Both the position numbers and the translations under genes were made by a program. Below are positions 10,735-21,168 of a DNA stretch of 43,621 nt, one piece after another. This DNA is from Betaproteobacteria bacterium (lineage in GTDB: Bacteria; Pseudomonadota; Gammaproteobacteria; Burkholderiales; SG8-39): the NCBI GenBank assembly GCA_007280315.1, contig QYQC01000162.1:1-43621 (forward strand). Reading direction: 5' to 3'. The notes below the pieces were generated by a model. It searched no databases, was not told where the DNA came from, and saw only the letters and a program-made list of their open reading frames with translations. Position 1 is the first letter of the stretch; the number at the start of each line of letters is the position of its first letter.

Positions 10735-11733
10735 GTGTCTACTCGCCGGGAAGTTATTTTTGCCCTCGGAACGCTTGCCCTCTGCGCATCTGCTCCGACG
10801 CTCGCGCAACAGGACAAGCAGCAGGACAAGCGCGTGCGCCGCATTGCCTGGTTGTCCGGGCCGGCCGGCCGTAACAACCCCGAATGGTCAGCCGCGTTTC
10901 GCACGGGAATGGCTGAACTGAAGTGGGTCGAAGGACGCGACTATGTCATCGATATCCGCTATGCCGCCGACTCGGAGCGGGGCCTGGCAGACGTTGCAGA
11001 CGAGCTGGTTGCGTCCCGGCCCGATTTGCTGTTCGTGGTCGGGGACGGCTCGGCGCGCATGCTCATGCAAAGGACGCCCAGCATACCGATCGTGTTTGCG
11101 CTTTCCGTTGACCCGGTAGGCAACGGGCTGGTTGCAAGTCTGCAGCGGCCCGGCGGCAATGCAACGGGCATGACCAACCTGTTGCGCGAACTCGGCCCGA
11201 AGCGGCTGCAACTGCTCAAGGAAGCGTTTCCGCGCGCGGTGCATGTGGGCGTGCTGTATGTGCCAAAAGACGCCGTAAGTACCGGCCAGGCGAAGGATGT
11301 CGAGGCCGCGGCCAAACCATTGGGCATGCGCGTTACCCTGCTCGGGTTGCAGCAGGCCGCCGACATCGGGCCGGCCTTCGATCGCGGCGCGGCACTCGGT
11401 GTCCAGGCGTATCTGCCAGTCTCGAGTGGATTGCTCATCGCCCAGCGCCAGGCGCTCGTCGATAACGTATACCGCTCCAAGGCGCCGGCTATCTATGTAG
11501 CGGCGCCGATGGCCGACGCGGGCGGATTGATGTCGTACGGGCCCAACATCCCTGACAATTTCCGCCGTGCCGCGGGCTTCGTCGACAAGATCTTGAAAGG
11601 CGCCAAGCCCGGCGACCTGCCGACTCAGCAGCCGCTGGAGTTCGAGATGGTGATCAACATGAAAACCGCGAAGGCGATGGGATTCACCATTCCGCGGTCA
11701 GTGCTGGTGCGCGCCGACCGGGTGATTGAATAG
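10735..11733 (+). CDS. orphan ABC-transporter substrate-binding protein (ABC_sub_bind family)
   Basis: GTG start. Tat-like signal STRREVIFALGTLALCASAPTLA. IPIVFALSVDPVGNGLVASLQRPGGNATG and LPTQQPLEFEMVINMKTAKAMGFTIP are characteristic. No permease or ATPase gene nearby. Confidence 0.85.
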   Translation: MSTRREVIFALGTLALCASAPTLAQQDKQQDKRVRRIAWLSGPAGRNNPEWSAAFRTGMAELKWVEGRDYVIDIRYAADSERGLADVADELVASRPDLLFVVGDGSARMLMQRTPSIPIVFALSVDPVGNGLVASLQRPGGNATGMTNLLRELGPKRLQLLKEAFPRAVHVGVLYVPKDAVSTGQAKDVEAAAKPLGMRVTLLGLQQAADIGPAFDRGAALGVQAYLPVSSGLLIAQRQALVDNVYRSKAPAIYVAAPMADAGGLMSYGPNIPDNFRRAAGFVDKILKGAKPGDLPTQQPLEFEMVINMKTAKAMGFTIPRSVLVRADRVIE

Positions 11734-11829
11734 CCCGTCCTGGCCGGCCAGCGGCAGATTTTTACCTTACCGAAAAGTCCCGGCTGTTTGCAGCGGAGAC
11801 TAATTCAAACGCGTTTCAGGACCTTTGGC

Positions 11830-12198
11830 TTAGAAACTCAGGCTGGCAGCTCCCGCTTTGAATTTTTCATGAATGACACTGGCGCCGGCAATGGTTACGC
11901 CGTCAATGAAGTCCTCCTGGGTATAACCACGCGCCTTCACGCAGGGCGGGCAGGCGACCACCATCCCGCCGCGTTTGATGAAATCTTCAATCATTGTCTT
12001 CAACGGATCGAGCGGTTGTACATGTGTCATGTCTATGCTCCGCCGCCGCACCAGATCCACTGCCGAACTGGTCAAGAAGGCACAAACCTTTAGACCAGCC
12101 GTTATTCCGCCGCACGCGATGGTGAAAGCTACTGATGAAAGTTCGTGGTCGGCACCCACAGTCATCAGGACCACGAGTTCTCTGCTTGCTTCTGACAT
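11830..12198 (-). CDS. DsrE/DsrF-like sulfur-relay family protein
   Basis: Start at MSEASRELVVLMTVG. FLTSSAVDLV and VVACPPCVKARG motifs. The longer ORF reaches 12237. Confidence 0.7.
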   Translation of the reverse strand: MSEASRELVVLMTVGADHELSSVAFTIACGGITAGLKVCAFLTSSAVDLVRRRSIDMTHVQPLDPLKTMIEDFIKRGGMVVACPPCVKARGYTQEDFIDGVTIAGASVIHEKFKAGAASLSF

Positions 12199-12646
12199 TC
12201 TTACTCTCCCTATAGTTGATTTTAGAGTTGGGCCCATTCTGCCCGGTACAGGCCGCTCGCGCGGACACTGGAGCCGTCTAAATGATACCGCCTATCGCTT
12301 GTCATTAAATTGTCAATATGGGTATTCCAATGGCCGAAACCGAGGAAATTCGCAACGGTCCGGTGATGGCCCGGTTGTTACCTCTTACATCCGCCGCCTG
12401 CTGAAATTCCGGCCAACGTCAGTTTTCCCAAAACGCGAATCGTCACTTACGACCTTTATGTACACCTCTCCATAATGGCCGAGAGTGACGCCTGCCAAGA
12501 TTTCCCGATAGCTGTCGTTCGAATAATCGGATCAGAGGGACTGTATCGCGCGATTCTTTGTAGAACCGCGTCCTTCCTGGCTTTGCGGGCGACGGCAGCG
12601 TGCGGAATCGACGCAACGCTCAATCACGAAAGCGACAGCGAAAAGC

Positions 12647-13360
12647 CTAGCCGCCGGCCGGATCTTCCCCGAAATATCCCGGCGCGATGTCGGCCGCGTA
12701 GCATACGGGCGAACTGAGTTCGACACGCTGCGCCTGTGGTACGCCGAGAAACTCGAGCCTGTCCTCATCGCGGCGATAGACGCCGCGTTCGGTGACGACG
12801 TAATCCATGGGAAGGTCCCAGGGCTGGGGGTGAATGGTGTCGATCGCGGCGAGTTCGAAACTCACGCCGATCACCAGCGGCTTCGACGCGCGCAGGTGCT
12901 CCAGCGTGCGGTCGAAAAAACCGCCACCGTATCCGAGGCGATAGCCCGCCCGATCGAAACCGTTCATCGGCAGCAGGACCGTATTCGGTATCAGCTCGGC
13001 CCCTGCTTTCGGATAGGGGATGTCGAGCTTGCCCAGTGCCATTTCCACGCCCGGATGCCACTCGCGGAAAACGAGCGGCGCCTTCGGTGCGATCACCACC
13101 GGCAGCACCGCAGTCGCGCCATCCAGGCGCAAACGGTGCAGCAGGTGGCGCGCGTCGTATTCGTTGCGGATCGGCCAGCAGAATGCAACCACCCCTTTCG
13201 CCAGGCCGGGGAACCCGAATTGCAGATGCCGGTCGATCGCTATACGCCAGAGCTGCAGCTGGTCCGCGCTCACCGCCTGCCGGCGCGCGAGCAACCCGCC
13301 GCGCAGGGCTTTTCGCCAGACCATCAATTCAGCGTGCTGCATATATTTGGCGCGCGTCAT
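12647..13360 (-). CDS. 5-formyltetrahydrofolate cyclo-ligase with about 40-aa C-terminal extension
   Basis: LRxxLLARRQA..., LPMNGFDRAGYRLGYGGGFFDRTL (MTHFS signature), DYVVTERG. Confidence 0.88.
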   Translation of the reverse strand: MTRAKYMQHAELMVWRKALRGGLLARRQAVSADQLQLWRIAIDRHLQFGFPGLAKGVVAFCWPIRNEYDARHLLHRLRLDGATAVLPVVIAPKAPLVFREWHPGVEMALGKLDIPYPKAGAELIPNTVLLPMNGFDRAGYRLGYGGGFFDRTLEHLRASKPLVIGVSFELAAIDTIHPQPWDLPMDYVVTERGVYRRDEDRLEFLGVPQAQRVELSSPVCYAADIAPGYFGEDPAGG

Positions 13361-13396
13361 CCATCTGTCTCATAGAGCGTTTATACTAGATTCATC

Positions 13397-15400
13397 ATGG
13401 GTTTAGCAGCAAAACTTACTATAGCACCGATGCTGCACGCGCTGATTGCCGCGTTGCTTCTGGCACCGCCCGCGCTGCAGGCAAAACCGTCCCCGCCACT
13501 AACGCAGGACGAAATCTTTCTCGCCGCGCGCGCCGCGGTGCGTGCTGACGATTACGACAAGCTCGGCAAGTACGAGGCGCAGCTCGAAGGCTATCTGCTT
13601 CAACCCTATGTTCAGGCCTGGCGGCTGCTGCCGCGCCTGGAGGACCTTCCGGCCGAGCGTGTGCGCGCGTTTCTCGAACGCGAGGACGGTACCGTGTTGG
13701 CGCAGCAAGTGCGCAGGGAATGGCTGAAAGCGCTGGGCAAGAAGCGCCAATGGGACCTGTTCCGCGCCGAGTATCCTTTGTTCGTGGGCGAGGACAACGA
13801 CGTTGCCTGCTATGCGCTGCAGGCGCGCTGGGAGCAGCAGGATGCATCGGCCCTGGCCGAAGTCCGCGCAAAATGGGTTGCGCCGCGCGATTTGCCCGCG
13901 GGCTGCGTGCCGCTGGCCGAGGCGATGATCGCCAGCGGGCAATATACCAACCGCCAGGTGTGGGAGCGCATACGCCTGCTGCTCGAAGCCGGCGCGGTGA
14001 GCTCGGCCTGGCGCAGCGCCGAGTATCTGCCGCCGAGCGAAGCGTTGAATCGAGCGCAGCTGTTTGCGGTCGCTGCGGGACCGCAGCGGTTTCTGGATGA
14101 CAAGAAAAAGAACTGGTCGAAGCGTGCGGTGCGCGAGCTCACCATGTTTGCCCTGCATCGCCTGGCGCGCACCGACCCCGTCGCGGCTGCAGGCTATTGG
14201 GACAAAAAACTGCGCGCCGGATTTTCCGAGGAAGAGCAGGGCTATGTCTGGGGCCAGCTGGCGCTGCGCGCGGCGCGGCGCAATCTGCCCGAAGCGTTGG
14301 AGTGGTACAGGCACGCGGCGGAGGCGGGCGCGCAGCTGTCCGAGGAACAAATCGCCTGGCGTCTGCGCGCCGCGCTGCGCCAGGGCGACTGGGGCCAGGT
14401 GCTGGTCTCGGCGCATTTGATGTCGCCGCCGCAATCCAACGAGCCGGCCTGGATCTACTGGCAGGGACGCGCTGCGCAGGCGCTCGGCAATGATACCGAG
14501 GCGCGCACCCAGTTCGCTCGCATCGCCGGCGAGCACCATTTCTACGCCCGGCTCGCCGCCGAGGAACTGGGTCTCGCCTTCGATATTCCTCCCAAGGGGT
14601 TTACGCCGACGGCGGAGGACGTGGCCGCGATCGGACGCCAGTCCGGCTTCCAGCGCGCGCTCGCGCTGTACCAGCTGGGGCAGCGCCTGGATTCGGCGCG
14701 CGAATGGATCTGGACCATACGCGGCATGGACGACAAACAGCTCCTGGCCGCGGCCGAGTTTGCGCGCCAGAACCAAATGTTCGACCGCGCGATCAATACC
14801 GCAGACCGAACGCAGGCGCTGCACGATTTCAGCGTGCGCTATCTCGCGCCCTACCGCAACGCACTGGGAGAAAGTGCGCGCGCGCAGCAGCTGGAGGAAG
14901 CCTGGGTACTGGGGCTGGTGCGCCAGGAGAGCCGTTTCATTTCGGAGATCAAGTCCTCGGCCGGAGCCGCCGGGCTGATGCAGCTTATGCCGGCCACGGC
15001 GAAGTGGGTCGCCGGGCGCATGGGGATGCGCGATTATTCCTGGAGACGGGTGACCGATGCGGGCGTCAACGCGGCGCTGGGCACCTGGTACCTGCGCCAC
15101 GTGTTGGACGACCTGGACGGCAGTCCGGTGCTCGCGGCGGCGGCTTATAATGCAGGGCCCGGGCGCGCGCGCAGGTGGCGCGATACGCACCCGCTGGAGG
15201 GTGCGATTTACGCCGAAACCATACCGTTCAACGAAACGCGCGACTACGTCAAGAAAGTGATGAACAACACCATGTATTATGCCGCCATGCTGGGCGGCCA
15301 CGTGCGTCCGCTGAAAGCGCGCCTGGGCATCATCGCGCCACGCGGCGGCAACGACCGCATCATCGCCGAGCGCGAAGCCGAGCAGGAAGAACCGCAGTGA
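13397..15400 (+). CDS. slt: soluble lytic murein transglycosylase (Slt70-like)
   Basis: 667 aa. Signal peptide, superhelical U-domain, and catalytic block [30 protein letters not shown]...[13 protein letters not shown]. Confidence 0.9.
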   Translation: MGLAAKLTIAPMLHALIAALLLAPPALQAKPSPPLTQDEIFLAARAAVRADDYDKLGKYEAQLEGYLLQPYVQAWRLLPRLEDLPAERVRAFLEREDGTVLAQQVRREWLKALGKKRQWDLFRAEYPLFVGEDNDVACYALQARWEQQDASALAEVRAKWVAPRDLPAGCVPLAEAMIASGQYTNRQVWERIRLLLEAGAVSSAWRSAEYLPPSEALNRAQLFAVAAGPQRFLDDKKKNWSKRAVRELTMFALHRLARTDPVAAAGYWDKKLRAGFSEEEQGYVWGQLALRAARRNLPEALEWYRHAAEAGAQLSEEQIAWRLRAALRQGDWGQVLVSAHLMSPPQSNEPAWIYWQGRAAQALGNDTEARTQFARIAGEHHFYARLAAEELGLAFDIPPKGFTPTAEDVAAIGRQSGFQRALALYQLGQRLDSAREWIWTIRGMDDKQLLAAAEFARQNQMFDRAINTADRTQALHDFSVRYLAPYRNALGESARAQQLEEAWVLGLVRQESRFISEIKSSAGAAGLMQLMPATAKWVAGRMGMRDYSWRRVTDAGVNAALGTWYLRHVLDDLDGSPVLAAAAYNAGPGRARRWRDTHPLEGAIYAETIPFNETRDYVKKVMNNTMYYAAMLGGHVRPLKARLGIIAPRGGNDRIIAEREAEQEEPQ

Positions 15401-16365
15401 ACATCGAACGCATCGCCGTCCTGGGCGGCAGCGGCTTCATCGGCCGCCATGTGGTGCGCATGCTGGCGGAGCAGGGCAAGCAGGCCGTCGTGCCCACGCG
15501 CCGGCGCGAACGCGCCAAGCACCTGTTCATGTTGCCCACCGTAGAGGTAGTGCAGGTCGACGCCCGCGATCCGGCGCAGCTCGGCGCCGTACTGCGCGGC
15601 TGCGACGCGGTGATCAATCTGGTGGGCGTGCTGCAAAGCCAGCCGGGCGAACCCTACGGCGTCGATTTTCGCCGCGCGCATGCCGAGTTGGCGCGCGATC
15701 TGGTTTCGGCCTGCGAACGCCTGAACATTCCGCGCCTGGTGCACATGAGCGCATTGAACGCATCGAGCAAAGGGCCCAGCGCCTACCTGCGTTCCAAAGG
15801 CGACGGCGAGAACTGGTTGTTCGCCGAAGGCAGGCGCCTGGCGATCACCGTGTTCCGGCCGTCGGTGGTGTTCGGCCCGGAGGACCGCTTTCTCAATCTG
15901 TTCGCGCAGCTGCAGCGCTTCCTGCCTGCGGTGTTCCTCGCCTGCCCCGAGGCGAAATTCCAGCCGGTCTATGTCGAGGACGTGGCGCAGGCGATCGTGC
16001 AGGCGCTCACCGATCGCGGCAGTTTCGGCAACACCTACGACCTGTGCGGACCGAGGGTCTACACGCTGCGCGAACTGGTCAAGTTCGCCGGCCGCGCCAG
16101 CGGCCATGCACGACCGGTAATCGGCCTCAACGCGAAGTACTCGATGCTGCAGGCGTGGATCATGGAATGGCTTCCGGGTAGGCTCATGAGCCGGGACAAC
16201 GTGCTGTCGATGTCGCAGGACAGCACCAGCACCCGGCCTTTTCCCTTCGGTATCCGCGCGGCAGCGCTGGAAGCGGCGGCGCCGCTTTACCTGCAGGACA
16301 AGTCGGTGCGCGCGCGCTTCAGCCTGTTGCGCGGCCACGCCGGCAGAAAGACGCGCGCAGCATGA
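15397..16365 (+). CDS. NAD-dependent epimerase/dehydratase, complex-I NDUFA9-like family
   Basis: GTG start overlapping the slt stop (GTGA). [15 protein letters not shown] Rossmann motif. The longer ORF from 15175 lies inside slt. Confidence 0.8.
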   Translation: MNIERIAVLGGSGFIGRHVVRMLAEQGKQAVVPTRRRERAKHLFMLPTVEVVQVDARDPAQLGAVLRGCDAVINLVGVLQSQPGEPYGVDFRRAHAELARDLVSACERLNIPRLVHMSALNASSKGPSAYLRSKGDGENWLFAEGRRLAITVFRPSVVFGPEDRFLNLFAQLQRFLPAVFLACPEAKFQPVYVEDVAQAIVQALTDRGSFGNTYDLCGPRVYTLRELVKFAGRASGHARPVIGLNAKYSMLQAWIMEWLPGRLMSRDNVLSMSQDSTSTRPFPFGIRAAALEAAAPLYLQDKSVRARFSLLRGHAGRKTRAA

Positions 16366-17021
16366 AGCCGCTCAGACTTGCCATCGGCAACAAGAATTAC
16401 TCTTCCTGGTCGATGCGGCCGTGGGTGCTGCTTACCCAGGCGGGCATCGCCTTCGAGGAAATCCAGCTCAAATTCAGCGACGAGGGCAAGGTCAACGGAA
16501 TCGAACCCTACTCGCCGACGCGCCAGGTACCGGTACTGATCGTCGAGGGCGAACCGGTATGGGATTCGCTTGCCATCTGCGAAGCCGTGGCCGAGATGGA
16601 TCCCGGCAAAAATCTGTGGCCGGCGGACGCGCGCGCGCGCCAGGTCGCACGATCGGTCTGCGCCGAAATGCACGCCGGTTTCCGCAGTCTGCGTGACGAC
16701 ATGCCGATGAACATCCGCGCGTCTTTGCCGGGCAAAGGCATGAGCCCTGAGGTACGGAAGGACATCGACCGCATCGTCGCCATCTGGGAATCCTGCCGCA
16801 CCCGTTACGGCCAAGGCGGGGAGCTGCTGTTCGGACACTTCACCGCGGCCGACGCGTTTTATGCGCCGGTGGCGACGCGTTTTCTCACCTACGCCGTAAA
16901 ATTGCCGCCACTGGCGCAGCGCTACGCCGACGCACTGCTTGCGCTTTCTGCGGTACGCGCGTGGGTGGCCCAGGCGCGTCGCGAGACCGAAGTCGTGCGC
17001 GCCGACGAGCCCTATGCATAG
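16362..17021 (+). CDS. glutathione S-transferase family protein
   Basis: ATGA overlap with the upstream gene. [20 protein letters not shown]-terminus and [18 protein letters not shown] thioredoxin-fold block. Confidence 0.8.
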   Translation: MKPLRLAIGNKNYSSWSMRPWVLLTQAGIAFEEIQLKFSDEGKVNGIEPYSPTRQVPVLIVEGEPVWDSLAICEAVAEMDPGKNLWPADARARQVARSVCAEMHAGFRSLRDDMPMNIRASLPGKGMSPEVRKDIDRIVAIWESCRTRYGQGGELLFGHFTAADAFYAPVATRFLTYAVKLPPLAQRYADALLALSAVRAWVAQARRETEVVRADEPYA

Positions 17022-17050
17022 CGCCGGCCCGGCTGCGTAGCAGGCTTCCG

Positions 17051-18184
17051 GTGAAGATTTACGCAGTCGGTGGTGCGGTCCGCGATGAACTTCTCGGCCT
17101 CCCGGTCAAGGATCGCGACTACGTCGTGGTCGGCGCAACGCCCGAGGCGTTGATTCGCCTCGGCTACAAGCCGGTGGGCAAGGACTTTCCGGTCTTTCTG
17201 CATCCGCGCACGCACGAAGAATATGCGCTGGCCCGCACCGAGCGCAAGACCGCGCGCGGCTACCGGGGATTCCAGGTTTACGCCGCGCCCGAGGTGACGC
17301 TGGAACAGGATCTGTCGCGGCGCGATCTCACCATCAACGCCATCGCGCGCGATGCGCAGGGCCGTCTGGTCGATCCCTATGGCGGCGCGGCGGATCTGAA
17401 ACGCGGCGTGCTGCGCCATGTGAGCCCGGCGTTCGCGGAGGACCCGGTGCGGATTCTGCGCGTGGCGCGCTTTGCCGCGCGCTTCGCCTTCAAGGTGGCG
17501 CCGGCCACGCTGCGCCTGATGCGCGCGATGGTGGAGGCGGGCGAAGCCGACGCGCTGGTGCCCGAACGCGTCTGGCAGGAACTCGCCGTCGGACTGATGG
17601 AGGCCGCGCCGTCGGCCATGTTTGTGCTGCTGCGCAATTGTGGCGCCCTGGCGCGCGTGTTGCCGGAACTCAACGCGGCATGGACGCATCGCGGGCAGTA
17701 CGCGCGCACGCGTCGCGCGCTCGACTACGCCGCAGCGCAGGACTACGCGCTCGAAGTGCGCTACGCCGTGCTCGCCTGCGCACTCTCCGCCGTCGAAGCG
17801 CCCGAGCGCGAGCTGCGTAGCATGTGCGCGCGCCTGCGCGCGCCGGCGGACACGCGCGAGCTGGCGCTGCTCGCGCTGCGCCAGCGCGAACCGATCGAGC
17901 TCGGCGCGAAGCTTGGCGCGCCAGCTCTGGTCGCTTTGTTCCAGTCCTGCGATGCGTGGCGCAGGCCGGCGCGCTTCGGTGAGTTGTTGCAGGCGGTCGA
18001 GAGTTGTGATGCCGGTCGCGCCCGGATACTGGCCGCTGCTCTTCGCCTGCGCGCCGCGCTGCACGCCGCGCGCGCAGTGAACGCCGGCGCGATAGCCCGG
18101 CTCGAGCCCGAGCCGAACAAGATCGCGGCGCGGCTGCGCTCGGCACGCGTGGCGGCAGTTAGATCCGCGCTCAATACCGATTAG
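17051..18184 (+). CDS. cca: multifunctional CCA-adding tRNA nucleotidyltransferase
   Basis: GTG start giving VKIYAVGGAVRDELLGLPVKDRDYVVVG. RRDLTINAIA. HD-domain-like C-terminal half. Confidence 0.9.
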   Translation: MKIYAVGGAVRDELLGLPVKDRDYVVVGATPEALIRLGYKPVGKDFPVFLHPRTHEEYALARTERKTARGYRGFQVYAAPEVTLEQDLSRRDLTINAIARDAQGRLVDPYGGAADLKRGVLRHVSPAFAEDPVRILRVARFAARFAFKVAPATLRLMRAMVEAGEADALVPERVWQELAVGLMEAAPSAMFVLLRNCGALARVLPELNAAWTHRGQYARTRRALDYAAAQDYALEVRYAVLACALSAVEAPERELRSMCARLRAPADTRELALLALRQREPIELGAKLGAPALVALFQSCDAWRRPARFGELLQAVESCDAGRARILAAALRLRAALHAARAVNAGAIARLEPEPNKIAARLRSARVAAVRSALNTD

Positions 18185-18207
18185 ATTTGCCAACGGATCG
18201 AACCGGC

Positions 18208-19581
18208 ATGAAATCCGCCCCGGCTCTGCTGTTGCAGGGCCTGAACCGAAATCTGAAATCCGGCGTGCGCCTTGCCGCTTTTCTGCCCGTGAGCCACTAC
18301 GATTTCCGCGTCTCGCCCGGCGATTTTGCCTTGCTGTGGCTGTTCAACCTGCTCGTATGGCTGGCCGGCGGCATGCTGCGCGTAGGACTTTCCGGACATA
18401 TCGACTTCGCCGCGCTGCCGGCGGCGCTGGCCGAGATTCCGCTGTTGCTGCTTGCCTGCGCCATCATTGCCTACTGGTATCGCAGGCACGAGTTGCAGCT
18501 GCGCCTGGCCCTGCTCCTGATTTCAACCGACGCCGTGTTCGAACTCGTATCGTCTGCCATCGCACTTGCGCTGCAGGGCGCCGGCGAGGACGCCTCGCCC
18601 GCAGCACATCTGGCGGTGTACTCCGCATATCTCGTCTGGGTGCTCACGATTTTCCTGCGCACCCTCTGGGTGGCGGCGGGCTGGCAGCGGCGGCAATTCA
18701 TCCCGAGCGGCGTGCTGTTGATCGCGCTGTTCCTGGTGCTGGAGAATGTCATGCCGCGCACCGAGCTCTGGGCGGTCGCAGAGGACGACGTCACCGGGCA
18801 GCCCTCTATCGTGCAGGAAGAATTGTTTCACGCCCAGGACGGATTGCTCGATGCGCGGCTGGCTGCGCTGCAGCCGCAGCGCGCCGGGATTTCGGATCTG
18901 TATTTTGTCGGTTTCGCTCCGGACGGTACCGAGGACGTGTTCGGCAGGGAACTCGCGACGGTGGCGCGCCTGATGTCGCGGCGTTTCGATGGCGCCGGAC
19001 GATCGCTGCTGCTGGCGAACGATCCGTCGACCCTGGGCGACCTGCCGGTCGCCAGCGCGACCAATCTGCGCATTGCATTGGCGCATATTGGACGAATCAT
19101 GAATGTGGATGAAGATCTGCTGTTCCTGTACATCACCAGTCACGGCTCGGAGAACGGCGAGTTGTCGGTCGCGCTGCCGCCGCTCGAACTGTCGCAGATC
19201 AGGCCGGCGGCGCTCGCGCGCATGCTGCACCAGAGCGGCATCAAGTGGAAGGTACTGGTGATTTCGGCCTGCTATTCCGGCGGATTCATCGAACCGCTGA
19301 AGGACGACAACACGCTCATCATCACAGCTACCGACGCGAACAACCAGTCGTTCGGTTGCGGCAACGGGCAGAAGCTCACCTGGTTTGGCAAGGCTTACTT
19401 CGATGAAGCGCTGCGCCGCACGCGCTCCTTTACCGAGGCGTTCGGGCTTGCGCGCGATGCGGTGGCGCTGCGCGAACGCGAACAGAAATTCACGCCCTCC
19501 AATCCGCAGATGAATATTGGCAGGGCCATGAGCGACAAGCTGCGTAGCCTGGAGACGCGCCTGGCGGCGCCGGGTCAGTGA
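18208..19581 (+). CDS. polytopic membrane protein with C-terminal peptidase C13 (legumain/caspase-fold) domain
   Basis: N-terminal half has about 5-6 TM helices. The C-terminal half carries the His/Cys dyad contexts LYITSHGSENGEL and VLVISACYSGGFI. The ORF is open from TTG 18187. Confidence 0.8.
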   Translation: MKSAPALLLQGLNRNLKSGVRLAAFLPVSHYDFRVSPGDFALLWLFNLLVWLAGGMLRVGLSGHIDFAALPAALAEIPLLLLACAIIAYWYRRHELQLRLALLLISTDAVFELVSSAIALALQGAGEDASPAAHLAVYSAYLVWVLTIFLRTLWVAAGWQRRQFIPSGVLLIALFLVLENVMPRTELWAVAEDDVTGQPSIVQEELFHAQDGLLDARLAALQPQRAGISDLYFVGFAPDGTEDVFGRELATVARLMSRRFDGAGRSLLLANDPSTLGDLPVASATNLRIALAHIGRIMNVDEDLLFLYITSHGSENGELSVALPPLELSQIRPAALARMLHQSGIKWKVLVISACYSGGFIEPLKDDNTLIITATDANNQSFGCGNGQKLTWFGKAYFDEALRRTRSFTEAFGLARDAVALREREQKFTPSNPQMNIGRAMSDKLRSLETRLAAPGQ

Positions 19582-19628
19582 ACGTGGCAAGCGGGCCGTC
19601 GCCCGTCGGCTGACGCCTACGCCCTGGG

Positions 19629-20189
19629 TTAAGCCACGCAGCCACGCAATAACGCCTTCAGCTTGAGCACCGTGGCCCAGTTCCTGGTAGTGAAGGAGCC
19701 TCCTGTCTTGCCGAGTAGCGCGGTTGCAACTTTGCTCTCCAGAATTCCTCCGGCGCAATGCAGGTATGCAGCTTGCCGGCCGATGACGAAGCGCTCGTTC
19801 GGACGAACCAAAGGTTGCAAAGCCGAAAGATTCTCCAGCGACCGCCGCTCCTGCGAAAACACCGCCAATAAACGCGAATACTCGGACTCCCCGGGTGAAA
19901 GGGAGTTCTCGGCCACTGCTGCCAGAAACCCGGCCGATGACTTGACCACGACCTGAATATTCAGACCGAGGCGCTGTCGCAACGAATCGGCAATGTTCGT
20001 TGCATGGGCTGCGGCGGAGCGCCCTGCACTGCTGAACACGGCGTTGCCGCTGTTCAATAGTGTCCGGACTTCGGTGTAGCCCTGGGCCTCGAGCAAGCCG
20101 CGAAACTCGGCCATCGGCACGCGATTGCCTTTGCCGACGTTGACGCCTCGAAGCAAAACGATGAATCGCGGAATTCCGGTGGGTTTCAC
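19629..20189 (-). CDS. DUF1697 family protein
   Basis: FIVLLRGVNVGKGNRVPMAEFRGLLEAQGY is the family N-terminal signature. The GTG start overlaps the upstream stop (GTGA); an alternative TTG is at 20192. Confidence 0.8.
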   Translation of the reverse strand: MKPTGIPRFIVLLRGVNVGKGNRVPMAEFRGLLEAQGYTEVRTLLNSGNAVFSSAGRSAAAHATNIADSLRQRLGLNIQVVVKSSAGFLAAVAENSLSPGESEYSRLLAVFSQERRSLENLSALQPLVRPNERFVIGRQAAYLHCAGGILESKVATALLGKTGGSFTTRNWATVLKLKALLRGCVA

Positions 20190-20626
20190 CAACGTTTCTG
20201 GCGTGCGCCGCCTTGCTTCATGTGATCCGCGATTCTAAGGCCGACCCACGCCATGGGAATGTAGGCGGCGACAAGATCGAGAACCACGAACCAGGCTGGC
20301 GCAGGAATCATGAAACTGGCCGCGATACCTCCGGCGAGGAACACCGCGCCGACCCCGTACGCGATCGCCGTCCTGTGCGTCGCCGACAGCACGCAGCCCA
20401 CCAGCGCGCCGGCGAGCGTGCCCAGCGCGTGCGCCAGGAACGGCATGACAAAATGCCGCGGCTCGAACAAGTGCATCGCGGCGCGAAGACTCTCGGCGTT
20501 GGTCACGTCGACTCCCGCAGGGGGAGGGATTATCGACGGGCCCAGGAGAATGATGCCCATGTTGACGGCGCCGCCTACTGCAATGCCGACGAGGAGGGCT
20601 AGAAGATTTCTAAGCATGATGGGCAT
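20186..20626 (-). CDS. hypothetical 4-TM membrane protein
   Basis: Start at MPIMLRNLLALLVGIAVGGAV. Hydrophobic throughout. No family recognised. Confidence 0.55.
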   Translation of the reverse strand: MPIMLRNLLALLVGIAVGGAVNMGIILLGPSIIPPPAGVDVTNAESLRAAMHLFEPRHFVMPFLAHALGTLAGALVGCVLSATHRTAIAYGVGAVFLAGGIAASFMIPAPAWFVVLDLVAAYIPMAWVGLRIADHMKQGGARQKRW

Positions 20627-20697
20627 CTGGAATCCTTGTCGAGAACGTGACGTCTTGCCGCGCAACCATCGGGCGGCACGGCGCAAAAGCACAACGC

Positions 20698-21153
20698 CTA
20701 CAGGCGCAATGTCATGAACACACTGTACGGGTCTTCGACATAGTCTCCGAATGGACCGCAGTAGGTGAAGCCAAAACTCTCGTAAAGCTTCTGCGCCGGC
20801 TTGAACGCCTCCATGGCGCCGGTTTCAAGGCTCAGGCGCTCATAGGTGCGGGACTTGGCGACGTCGATGATATGCGTGAGGATGGCCCGTCCGGCGCCCT
20901 GACGGCGAAGCGCGCTGGGCGTGCGCATCGACTTTACCTCGCCATGACTCGGGTCGAGTTCTTTGAGGGCGCCGCAGCCAAGCAGAAGCGAACCTTCCCA
21001 GGCGGACCAGAACGTGACCCCGGGCTGGCGAAGTTTTTCAATATCGAGTGCGTGAACGCTCTCGGGCGGAGACAGGGTGTGCATGCTTTGCAGGTGTTCA
21101 TGCAGCAACGCGTGGATATCCGTTCGGGAAAAGTCGTCGATTTCGATTTTCAT
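20698..21153 (-). CDS. GNAT family N-acetyltransferase
   Basis: 151 aa with the acetyl-CoA motif RRQGAGRAILTHIIDVAKS and LYESFGF. Confidence 0.85.
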   Translation of the reverse strand: MKIEIDDFSRTDIHALLHEHLQSMHTLSPPESVHALDIEKLRQPGVTFWSAWEGSLLLGCGALKELDPSHGEVKSMRTPSALRRQGAGRAILTHIIDVAKSRTYERLSLETGAMEAFKPAQKLYESFGFTYCGPFGDYVEDPYSVFMTLRL

Positions 21154-21168
21154 AAGCGAATCGGGTGG

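Noticed and set aside
15175-16365. N-terminally extended versions of the NDUFA9-like ORF (from 15175), and likewise of the cca ORF (from 16961)
   Set aside because: The extensions lie inside the preceding genes (slt and GST). The conserved N-termini ([11 protein letters not shown] and VKIYAVGGAVRDELLG) start at GTG codons right at or after the upstream stops.
20698-21153. GNAT as a TacT/AtaT-type toxin of a type II toxin-antitoxin pair
   Set aside because: There is no small RHH/DUF1778-type antitoxin ORF upstream; the upstream neighbour is a 232-aa HAD hydrolase 15 nt away. The sequence looks like an ordinary small-molecule GNAT.
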